From an uncultured delta proteobacterium (GTDB lineage: Bacteria > Desulfobacterota > Zymogenia > Zymogenales > Zymogenaceae), in NCBI GenBank assembly GCA_963735595.1, contig CAVTLK010000002.1, positions 160,001-224,000 on the forward strand: 64,000 nucleotides of DNA. The letters are read 5' to 3'. This document shows, in pieces, positions 34,099 through 43,073 of the stretch. The notes below the pieces were generated by a model that was not told where the DNA came from, searched no databases, and worked only from the letters and a program-made list of their open reading frames with translations. A program made the translations under genes and the position numbers. Numbering within the stretch: the first letter of the stretch is position 1; every line of letters begins with the position of its first letter.

Positions 34099-35289
34099 AT
34101 GGCAATAGTCGAGATCAAACCGGGTATCTTCTGGATCGGGGTCGACGACAGGACAACCGATCTCTTCGAGGGCATCTGGCCGATTGCCGCCGACGGCATC
34201 GTAAACAACTCGTATCTCATCAACGACGAAAAAAAGGCGGTGATCGATTCGGCAAAGGCATTTCAGATCGAGACGTTTCTAGAAAATGTCGCGCGGGTTA
34301 CGCCCCCTTCCGAGATAGACTACGTCATCATAAATCACATGGAGCCCGATCATTCCGGCGCCTTCGAGGCGCTTTACCGGGCTGCCCCGAAGGCGGCCTT
34401 CCTGGGGACCAGGCGGATCACCGACCTCCTCAGGGAATTCTACGGCATAACGGACCGCGTCAGGGTAGTGACGGACGGCGAGGAGCTCGCCCTCGGGAAG
34501 CGGACCGTGAGGTTTGTCGAGACCCCTATGGTACACTGGCCGGAGACGATGATGACCTATGAGACGGCTGACCGCATTCTCTTTTCCGGGGACGGTTTCG
34601 GCGGGTACGGTTCCCTCGGGGACCGTATCTTCGACGATACGAGCGCGGATATAGATTTCTACGAGAAAGAGTCTCTCCGGTACTATACCAACGTCGTTGC
34701 GAAGTTCAGCGGCATGGTCAGGAAGGCCATCGACAAACTGGCGGCCTACGATATCGGGGTCGTGGCGCCGGCCCACGGGCTTATCTGGCGCGCGGAGCCG
34801 TCCCGTATCATCGATCTCTACCGGCGGTGGGCGGAATGCGCCGAGGGCAAGGCTGATCGCGCGATCACTATCGCCCACGGCACGATGTACGGCAACACGG
34901 ATCGAATGCTGCAGGAAGTCATTGCCGAGCTCGAGCGGATCGGCATCCCGTTTGAGGCGTTTGACGTCAGCCGAACGCACGCAAGCTATATACTTCCGTC
35001 GCTCTGGACGAAGACCGGGGTTATCGTGGCCGCGCCGACCTACGAGGCGAGCCTCTTTCCGCCGATGGTCTATGCGTTGGACATGGCCGAAATAAAGGGG
35101 ATCAGGAAGAAGAAGGTATTCCGTTTCGGCAGCTACGGGTGGTCGGGCGGTGCACAGAAGAAATTTGAGGGGGCCGCCGAGAGGATGGGATGGGAGGTCA
35201 TCGGCTCCTATGAGTTCATCGGAAGGCCGACCGCGGAAGATATAGACAAGTGCCGCCGGGCGGTCAGGGAGTTTGCCGAAGGACTGTAA
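34099..35289 (+). CDS. fprA: flavodiiron protein (FprA, A-type flavoprotein)
   Basis: HMEPDHSG, MVHWPE, SGDGFG and PAHG ligands plus a flavodoxin domain (TMYGNT; FGSYGWSGG). Confidence 0.92.
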   Translation: MAIVEIKPGIFWIGVDDRTTDLFEGIWPIAADGIVNNSYLINDEKKAVIDSAKAFQIETFLENVARVTPPSEIDYVIINHMEPDHSGAFEALYRAAPKAAFLGTRRITDLLREFYGITDRVRVVTDGEELALGKRTVRFVETPMVHWPETMMTYETADRILFSGDGFGGYGSLGDRIFDDTSADIDFYEKESLRYYTNVVAKFSGMVRKAIDKLAAYDIGVVAPAHGLIWRAEPSRIIDLYRRWAECAEGKADRAITIAHGTMYGNTDRMLQEVIAELERIGIPFEAFDVSRTHASYILPSLWTKTGVIVAAPTYEASLFPPMVYALDMAEIKGIRKKKVFRFGSYGWSGGAQKKFEGAAERMGWEVIGSYEFIGRPTAEDIDKCRRAVREFAEGL

Positions 35290-35350
35290 TTGTCGGCGGG
35301 GACGCCGGGGCCCGCCCTGCTTTCCGTATGGACGCGGGCTGTGAGATAAA

Positions 35351-35383
35351 AAAGAGGCCGGGACGTAGCGTCCCGGCCTCTTT
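35351..35383. terminator. bidirectional intrinsic terminator
   Basis: 15-bp stem aaagaggccgggacg-tag-cgtcccggcctcttt between convergent genes. Confidence 0.85.
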
Positions 35384-35408
35384 CAATTACCCTTGTTACA
35401 CTTTCTGT

Positions 35409-37097
35409 CTACTTAGCCCCTTCGATAACGATCCTGCCTTCCACTGCCGGCTTAACGGGGTCTTTAGCCTTGATATATGTCAGCAGCGCATCGACGATAT
35501 CCACGGTCGTATCCTTCTTGACTGCCTTGATAAACGGGTAGAAGCCGTCACCGCCGGAGGCCGTCCATGAGGTGGTGAGCACCGTATAGCTCCTGGCGGG
35601 GTCGACCTTTACCCACGCGCCGTTTTCCTTGACCAGAACGTCCTTTACCCGCTCGCCGGGAAAGATGATCCGCTTTATGTTCCTGCCGTCGTATTCGCCG
35701 CAGAAGGGCCGGCCCGTCAGGTCTATGACAAACCTGAGCCCGCTGACCTGGAGGAAGCCGCCTTCAGCTACCCGCTCGGTGTCGGTAGAGCCGTCACCCG
35801 TTACCCTGATTGCCGAGGCGCTCAGCTCCAGAACGGTAACGAGGTCTTTTCCGGAGAGGGTGACCTCGTAGATCGTATTGGAAAACGGGTGGATATTCAA
35901 CAGCTGGCCGTAGGTAATGGGGCCCTTGGGGTATATCTGGTTTCCGCGGACGGTGCCGCCGTTGACCAGGGCGATCGGGTCCCGAGCCCCCTTCTTGGCG
36001 AACCAGTCGACCCATGCATCGGTGACGAGGTTGCCGAGGTTGGACTCCCTCTTCCTCACGACGTCGTTGAGGGCGTCCAGGTCGACGAGCGTCTCCCCAA
36101 CGGGCCTGTTCATGCGCTCATCGAGCCTGTCCTGGTAGGGCTTGAGGTAGGCCGCGATCGCGGGGTCGGAGCCGACCGACTCGTCCAGCAGGACCGTCTC
36201 CCACGCGGCGTTCAGGACTCTTCCTCCCGCGACGTCAAACGTGAGGACGCCCGCCTCCTTGGCGTTTACCCCCGCCTGGACGATGATAGTCTTCCATCCA
36301 CCGGGGCCCTCAACCGTCTCCTGGAAACTGTCGTGGCTGTGGCCGCCGACGATGACGTCGATGCCGGCGACCTCGCGGGCAGTCGCCTCGTCGAGGTCCT
36401 TGCCGACGTGGGTAAGCGCCACAACGATTTCGGCGCCATTTTCCCTGAGCACGCGCACCATCTCGGTGGAGACTGAGGTCAGGTCTTCGTCAACGGTGAC
36501 GTCGGTTCCCACCGAGGAGACCCGGGGAAGGTCCGGGGTCATGAGCCCGAAGAAACCGACCTTTATCCCGGCGACTTCCTTGATGAAGTAGGGAGAGACC
36601 AGCTTGGCAAGCTCCGGGTCGGCGATCGTGATGTTCGAGGAGACGATCGGGAAATCGGCCTTTCGGACGGCCTTTGTGCAGGCGTCCACCCCCAGGTCGA
36701 AATCGTGGTTGCCCAGCGTTACCACGTCGTAGCCGGCCATGTTCATCGAGGTGATCTCAGGGACCCCGTCAAAGGACCTGAAGAAAAAGCCCATGAGGTT
36801 GTCGCCGCCGGTGACCAGGAGCGTCCCGTCGGTCGATTCCCTCATTCGGTCGGCCACCGCGGCGATGCGGTCCATCCCGCCGACGACGATCTTCACCTTT
36901 GCGCCGTCCTTGGTAACCTGGGTCTCGTAGGGCAGGGTATAGCTGTGCAGGTCGGACGTGCCGACGATTGCGAGGTGCTTTGCCCCTTCCGGGGTCGCAG
37001 GGACGCCCGCGCAGGAGGCGATAGCAGTAACGAGGAAGAGGGACAGGAGTAACGCAGTCCCCCGTAAGAGGTTCCTGGTATTCACTCGGTGACTCAT
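35409..37097 (-). CDS. 5'-nucleotidase/UDP-sugar hydrolase lipoprotein
   Basis: Lipobox IASC; TSDLH, GGDN, GNHDFD, LTH and GGHSH metallophosphoesterase motifs; RESNLGNLVTDA C-domain; GAGAGG RBS suits the ATG at 37097. Confidence 0.9.
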   Translation of the reverse strand: MSHRVNTRNLLRGTALLLSLFLVTAIASCAGVPATPEGAKHLAIVGTSDLHSYTLPYETQVTKDGAKVKIVVGGMDRIAAVADRMRESTDGTLLVTGGDNLMGFFFRSFDGVPEITSMNMAGYDVVTLGNHDFDLGVDACTKAVRKADFPIVSSNITIADPELAKLVSPYFIKEVAGIKVGFFGLMTPDLPRVSSVGTDVTVDEDLTSVSTEMVRVLRENGAEIVVALTHVGKDLDEATAREVAGIDVIVGGHSHDSFQETVEGPGGWKTIIVQAGVNAKEAGVLTFDVAGGRVLNAAWETVLLDESVGSDPAIAAYLKPYQDRLDERMNRPVGETLVDLDALNDVVRKRESNLGNLVTDAWVDWFAKKGARDPIALVNGGTVRGNQIYPKGPITYGQLLNIHPFSNTIYEVTLSGKDLVTVLELSASAIRVTGDGSTDTERVAEGGFLQVSGLRFVIDLTGRPFCGEYDGRNIKRIIFPGERVKDVLVKENGAWVKVDPARSYTVLTTSWTASGGDGFYPFIKAVKKDTTVDIVDALLTYIKAKDPVKPAVEGRIVIEGAK

Positions 37098-37415
37098 GGT
37101 TCGCATCCTCTCGATTGTGTTCAAGAAAAACTGGCTTGTCCCGCCGCGGGCACCGCCCGGAGGACTAAAGGACAAAAGATATTGTTACTTGTGCCTGTAA
37201 CACTATCACAGAAAAAACGATTTATCAAGAATCGGTGATAGCATGTCTTGACTTTTTGAGGTACAAACCGGAATCCCGGTCCGGTCATCCTGGTCAGTAG
37301 ACCCGGCGGATTAACCGTGCGTAACACCTCATCTCAGTAATAGCCGTTTCCATCCCCTTGACCGGCCGTCAAAAAGGGGGTATGGTAACGGTAACGAAAA
37401 GCGGGAGGACCGACC

Positions 37416-37833
37416 ATGACCGAACGCATAGTAGTCTCCGAGGTGCTACCGGTAAAGCAAAAAGTTCTTTACGAGGCCTGGCTCGACAGCGACAAGCACA
37501 GCGCCTTCACGGGATCGCCGGCGGTTATCGACAAACGCGTCGGCGGAACGTTCACTGCGTGGGACGGGTATATCTCCGGCACCACGATCATGATCGAGCC
37601 GTTTTCCCGGATCATCCAGACCTGGCGCACCACTGAGTTTCCCGACGACGCCCCCGATTCGGAGATCGAGGTAGTCTTCGAGGAGGTCGCCGGAGGGCAC
37701 AAAGATAACCCTGATCCACACCGACATCCCGGACGGGCAGGGCGAGGCCTACCGGAAGGGGTGGGTAGACTTCTACTTTACGCCCATGAAACAATACTTC
37801 CAGGAAAAGTCAACGGGGCCGAACGCAGGCTGA
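37416..37833 (+). CDS. SRPBCC/Aha1-like domain protein (frameshift ~37697)
   Basis: LYEAWLDS..HSAFTG..GGTFTAWDG..IIQTWRT; after a +1 indel it continues TKITLIHTDIPDGQGEAYRKGWVDFYF to TGA at 37831. Confidence 0.8.
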
Positions 37834-37877
37834 CGGACGCATAACCCGTCGTCCATCACTTAACGCGGAGGTTTAGA

Positions 37878-38980
37878 ATGAAGATCCTCTTTCTCGGCGG
37901 GGCAGGCGATATGGCCGCCACGATGCTGGATCTCATGGAAAAGGAGGCGGCCGTAAAAGCGGTCACTATCGCGGATCTGGATGAAGCCAAGGCCGACAAA
38001 AGGCCGCGGCCCACGGCAAGAAGTTTAGCGCCGCCAAGGCGGACGTTACCGACGCCGGGGCCGATAGTCGGCCTTATGAAGGGAAACGATGTCGTAATCA
38101 GCTACGTGGGTCCCTTCTACCGTTTCGAGGCCCCGGTGGCCGAGATGGCCATCGAGGCCGGGCGTGGACTATATCTCGATCGCCGACGACTACGACGCGT
38201 ATCTCGCCGTCGAAAGGCTCGACGCCAGGGCGAAGAAGAAGGGCGTAAAGATCCTTTCCGGATTCGGCAACTCACCGGGGCTCACCCAGGTACTGGCAAA
38301 GAAGGGCTACCTCACGATGGACGCACCCGAGGGTATCTCCGTCAACTGGGGCGCGGGCGCCAACGAGGCGGTGGGGCCGGCGAACCTCTTGCACCTGTTC
38401 CACCTTTTTACCGGTCAAGACCCTCCAGTGGCGCGACGGGCACGAGCAGTACGTGCCCTGTGGTAAGGGAAAGAAATACGTCGATTTTCCACCGCCCGTC
38501 GGGCGGCTCGCGATCTTTTACACCGGTCACGCCGAGTCAGTTACCCTCCCCAGGAACCTTCCGGGCCTCAAATTCGCGAGCGTCCACGGCGGGGCCAAAC
38601 CGGTATTCGACGTGAAGGTCGTTCGCTTTCTGGCCACCCTGGGTCTGACCAAGACCCACGCGCGCAGGCAGCGGCTCTTTAACATCGTCAAACCTATCCT
38701 CCCGCTGTTCCAGAGCAAGAGCGCCCCGGATAAATCCGTGGGCTACGTGGAGGTCTGGGGAAAACACAAGGGCAAAGAGAAACGGGTCCACTACACCTAC
38801 GTGGGGCACATCGCCTTTATCACGTCGGCCCCGTGCCTCCAGGCGGCGATATGGCTTGCCGGGGGGAAGTTCAAGGACCTTCCCGGAGGCGTCTATGCCC
38901 CGGAGCGGCTCATCAAGGACCCCGGTGCGTTTCTGAAGGATCTGCAGGGCAGGGGTGTGGAGATGGAGTACTTCGAATAG
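37878..38980 (+). CDS. saccharopine dehydrogenase-family NAD(P)-binding protein (3-4 frameshifts)
   Basis: LGGAGDM Rossmann start, VGPFYRF, YISIADD, GFGNSPGL and GGVYAPE motifs spread over ORFs 37878, 38164 and 38453. Confidence 0.8.
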
Positions 38981-39179
38981 GAGAAGGGGGCCGATCCGCC
39001 GCGAGTGGGGCATTCTTTCGGTCCGGGCTTTCCCATATTTGGTGGGGAAGAGGTAATGCCGGCCGGCGGGGTCCGACCGTTGCATGTAACCCGGCGAAGC
39101 GGTGACTCATTAGTCCCGGCGGTGGGACCCGCGGAAATACCGGCCGGCCTTTTTTACCGTAATGGAATAGCGCTCGGAC

Positions 39180-40250
39180 GTGAAACTACTCAACGGCATA
39201 CGGTATCTCGCCCGCTTTGGATTTCTCAAGACCATGGCCGGTCTGTGGGATAAGTATCCCTTCTTTCCCTTCTCCACTCTGAAAAGAACGTGGATAAAGC
39301 GCATCGGCAATGATGAATTCTTTATCCGCTGGGTGCTCCGAAGAATAGAAAAAATCGAGGCGGGTAAAAGGCCGTTTGTCCCGCCGATACTGTACGCGGA
39401 GAGCACGAACGCATGCAACGCACGCTGTATCATGTGCCCGCGCGACACAATGACCAGACCCATCGGTTTCATGGACATGGAGATGTATGAACGGCTGGTC
39501 AGGGAGGCGGCCCGCATGGGCGTCAACGAGGTCAGGCTGCACAATTTCGGGGAACCGCTGCTCGACAGGAATATCGAAAGGCGGATAAGGATGGCAAAGG
39601 ACGCCGGGATCCCCGTAACGACGTTTTACACCAACGCATCCCTCTTGACAAAGGAGCGGGCTAAACGAATAATCGAAAGCGGCCTGGACTTCCTCTTCAC
39701 CAGTTTTGACGCGCCGAGCAGGCAGGCATATGAGGAAACCACGCGTAACCTGCGCTACGAGAAGGTTAAGAACAATATCGAGAATTTCATCGCGATACGA
39801 AATAGTATGGGACGGCGAACACCCCGCGTGGGGATATTTATCCTGCGTCTTGCCGGACAGGCGGGGATAGACGAATTCGTATCGTATTGGAAGAACGTCG
39901 CCGACTTCGTAAGCGTCAATGATGTCAACAATTGGGCCGGGGAGATCGAGCTGGAGCAGGAAACCTTCAAGAGGGGCGGCGGGAAGATCCCCTGTTTTTA
40001 TCTCTGGAGGGGGCTCATTGTCCTCCAGAACGGAACCTGCTCGCCCTGCTGCGAAGACTTCGACGGCAAATACCCGACCGGCCACGTCGGACAATCCGAC
40101 CTGTTGGAAATCTGGCATGGAGACGAATACCGGGCTTTCAGAGACGCCCACAATAGGCTGGATTTTGAGGCCGTCAGGTTATGTTCCCATTGCATGATTA
40201 ACGACCTGTCGTACAAGGATCGGTACCAGTTGTTCAAGACCTGGCTTTAA
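39180..40250 (+). CDS. radical SAM protein with C-terminal SPASM/twitch domain
   Basis: CNARCIMC, HNFGEPLL, C-terminal PCFYLW...SPCCED...LCSHC. Confidence 0.88.
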   Translation: MKLLNGIRYLARFGFLKTMAGLWDKYPFFPFSTLKRTWIKRIGNDEFFIRWVLRRIEKIEAGKRPFVPPILYAESTNACNARCIMCPRDTMTRPIGFMDMEMYERLVREAARMGVNEVRLHNFGEPLLDRNIERRIRMAKDAGIPVTTFYTNASLLTKERAKRIIESGLDFLFTSFDAPSRQAYEETTRNLRYEKVKNNIENFIAIRNSMGRRTPRVGIFILRLAGQAGIDEFVSYWKNVADFVSVNDVNNWAGEIELEQETFKRGGGKIPCFYLWRGLIVLQNGTCSPCCEDFDGKYPTGHVGQSDLLEIWHGDEYRAFRDAHNRLDFEAVRLCSHCMINDLSYKDRYQLFKTWL

Positions 40251-40317
40251 ATAACGTTTCGGAACGGCACACGATGGCCGTAAGGCTGGACGGGTCATAT
40301 TCTGAAAGGAGAATTCT

Positions 40318-40809
40318 ATGTTCGATACAATCAACACGCGGCGCAGCGTCAGGTCCTGGATCGGTCGGGACGTGGACAAGAAGGACATTACCGATATCCT
40401 GGAGGCCGCGATGAACGCGCCCTCGGCGGGAAACGAACAGGCCTGGCAGTTTGTCGTTCTCTCCGGCAAGACGCTGGCCGACTACCTTGCCATCAACGGG
40501 AACTGCCCAAAAGGGGCGCCGGCGGGGATTCTCGTCTGCGGGGACAAGAAGGCCCAGAAGTACGAGGGGTTCTACCTGTATGACTGCTGTGCCGCGATCC
40601 AGAATATCCTGCTTGCGGTCCACGCCAAGGGGCTGGGGGCGGTCTGGACGGCGGTGTTCCCGGGAAACGACGTGAAGGTCAAACAGCTCCTCGGGCTCCC
40701 GGAGCATATCGTCCCGGTATCGTTCGTCCCGATCGGCTATCCGGACGGTAAGCAACCGGCCGCCGTCACCCGCTACGACGAATCGAAAATCCACACGAAC
40801 GGATGGTAA
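40318..40809 (+). CDS. nitroreductase-family protein
   Basis: RRSVR, APSAGNEQAW, QNILLAVHAKGLGAVW. Confidence 0.92.
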   Translation: MFDTINTRRSVRSWIGRDVDKKDITDILEAAMNAPSAGNEQAWQFVVLSGKTLADYLAINGNCPKGAPAGILVCGDKKAQKYEGFYLYDCCAAIQNILLAVHAKGLGAVWTAVFPGNDVKVKQLLGLPEHIVPVSFVPIGYPDGKQPAAVTRYDESKIHTNGW

Positions 40810-40876
40810 CGGCTGACGGCGGCAAGTAGAACGCCGGCCGTACCGTCACTATTTGAATGAGAACCGAACTAAACCA

Positions 40877-40920
40877 AAAAATACTGAGGCCGGGGTGGCT
40901 TGCCCACACCGGCCTCGTAT
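40877..40920 (-). terminator. intrinsic terminator
   Basis: gaggccggggtgg-cttgc-ccacaccggcctc with an A run on the left. Confidence 0.65.
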
Positions 40921-40937
40921 CATTCTTGCCTATTACG

Positions 40938-42632
40938 TTACTTTCGCAGCTTCTTCTTATCCAATTTTCCGACCGCGGTCAGCGGCAGGGCGTCCATGAA
41001 CTCGATGACCTTGGGGACCTCGTAGGGGGTGAGCTTTTCCTTGGCAAAGGCCGTGATGTCCTTTGTGAGGGCATCCTTGTCGTCCGCTTTGTGCTCTGCC
41101 TTGAGCTGGACGAACGCCTTGACGATCTCGGAGCCGGGCCGCTCCGGGTTTGGGACGCCGATCGTTGCGATCATGTCGATGGCAGGGTGCTGTGTAAGCA
41201 CGTCCTCCACCTTCACCGAGAACACCTTGAACCCGGAAACGATGATCATGTCCTTCGTGCGGTCAACGATCTTGAGGTAGCCCTCTTTGTCCATGACAGC
41301 AACGTCCCCGGTGTGCATATAGCCGTCCTTATCGATGGCGTGTTTGGTCTCCTCCGGCTTCTTATAGTAGCCGACCATCACCTGCGGCCCCTTCGCGCAG
41401 ATCTCGCCGGGCTGGCCGATATCCGCCTCTTTGCCGGTGGTGGGGTCCACGAGCTTTACGTCGGTATTGAGGATCGGAAGGCCGATGGAGCCGAGCTTCT
41501 TTTTGCCCCGGGAGGGATTACTGGCGATAAGGGGCGAGGTCTCGGACATTCCGTAGTTTTCGATGAGCTTTCCCTTGCCGACGATCGCCTCTAACTCCTT
41601 CTGAGATTCCTCGGGGAACGGCGAGGCCGAGGAGATGCAGGCGGAAAGCTGCGAATGATCCAGCTTCCTGAATTTGGGCTCCGCCATGAGAAGCTGGTAG
41701 AGGGAGGGGACGTTTATGAGGGCGGTCGGCCGGTACTTCGCGATCTCGCTGGTAATGTGCTTTGTATCCCTCGGGTTGGGGATCAAAACCTGAGTCCACC
41801 CGAGATAGTGGCCCATCTCGTTGATGAAAAGGCCTGCGATGTGAAAGAAAGGATAACCCGACAGCGCCGGGCCCTTGCCCTTCTCCCATCCAAGCCATGT
41901 TCCGACGACCAGAATATTAGACACGGCGTTGCGGTGGGTGAGCATCGCCCCCTTGGGGGCGCCGGTGGTGCCGCCGGTGTACTGGATGTAGGCGATATCG
42001 TCGGGCGATATCTTTATCGGGGGGTTCTTGTCGTAGAAATTCTTCGGCCTGATGACCTCCTCCATCGGGTAGACGGTCTTCCCGGCAAGCGGCGTTACCT
42101 TGCCGGTCGGGAACTTCTTGAGGAGCTTCCCGAGCACCCGCTTAACCGGAGGGAGGAACCCGCCAATGCTGGCGACCACTACGAGCTTGAGCTTAGGCAG
42201 CTCCGGGGCGATCTTCGTGAGACGTGCGGCGAAGATCGCGTCGAGTGTCACCAGGCCCTTCGCATCGGAGTCTTTGAGCTGATAGGCCATCTCTTCGGTC
42301 GAAAGGAGAGGAGAGACGCCGGAGACAACGCAGCCCGCTTTAAGCGTTCCCAACCAGGCAATAACATATTCGGGAATATTGGGAAGGTTGATTCCAACCA
42401 GGTCTCCTTTCTTGAACCCGTTCTTAATGAGCATATCGGCAAACCGGTTGGCCATGCGATTGAGTTTGCGGAACGAGATTTCGGTCCCCATAAACGCGAG
42501 GGCCGTTTTCTCCGGGAAGTTCTCGAACGTTGGCCCGAAGGCGTCTAACAGGTTGGTTTCCCACATCTTGGGGTTAAGATCGGCCAGTCCCTTGTCCCAT
42601 GATTTTTTCCAGATTTGCTCCCTTCTCGCCAT
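40938..42632 (-). CDS. long-chain fatty acid--CoA ligase (copy 1)
   Basis: YTGGTTGAPKG, ENYGMSETSP, TGD, DRTKDMI, LTAVGK. Confidence 0.92.
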   Translation of the reverse strand: MARREQIWKKSWDKGLADLNPKMWETNLLDAFGPTFENFPEKTALAFMGTEISFRKLNRMANRFADMLIKNGFKKGDLVGINLPNIPEYVIAWLGTLKAGCVVSGVSPLLSTEEMAYQLKDSDAKGLVTLDAIFAARLTKIAPELPKLKLVVVASIGGFLPPVKRVLGKLLKKFPTGKVTPLAGKTVYPMEEVIRPKNFYDKNPPIKISPDDIAYIQYTGGTTGAPKGAMLTHRNAVSNILVVGTWLGWEKGKGPALSGYPFFHIAGLFINEMGHYLGWTQVLIPNPRDTKHITSEIAKYRPTALINVPSLYQLLMAEPKFRKLDHSQLSACISSASPFPEESQKELEAIVGKGKLIENYGMSETSPLIASNPSRGKKKLGSIGLPILNTDVKLVDPTTGKEADIGQPGEICAKGPQVMVGYYKKPEETKHAIDKDGYMHTGDVAVMDKEGYLKIVDRTKDMIIVSGFKVFSVKVEDVLTQHPAIDMIATIGVPNPERPGSEIVKAFVQLKAEHKADDKDALTKDITAFAKEKLTPYEVPKVIEFMDALPLTAVGKLDKKKLRK

Positions 42633-43073
42633 AAAATACCTCGCTGTATTGAGACAAAATATATAAGGATCTTCTGCCCGGTTATATCCGCTCCTCTTCG
42701 GTGGCTCGTCACCTTGCAGGGAAACTACGCGGTCGTTTCAATCATAAAAGACGGGCGCCCGCATGCCGTTAATTGAGAGGCGGGAGAATGGGGGAATGGG
42801 AGGATTGGATGGAAGCCGTACGAAAACGAAGGAAGAATAGAAAACCCCCGGTCGCCCGATCTACGGTAAGAAAGATAACGTAAAAAGCAGACCCAGTCAA
42901 GATGTTTGTACTGAAAGAAAAAACGTGAGACATGACTGAAAGAGTTTTACAACAACCCGTTCCTTTCGCCTCGGTTTTAGCGATGATACGCGATATTCGG
43001 ATTGATGCTGTTTAAAAGTGTGATAGAATAATCGTTACAACTTTAGCTCCTGCTATACTTCAAGAGGACATCC

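Noticed and set aside
39180..40250. Second RiPP system around this radical SAM/twitch gene
   Set aside because: No RRE-like domain and no short RBS-bearing ORF nearby; flanked by unrelated genes.
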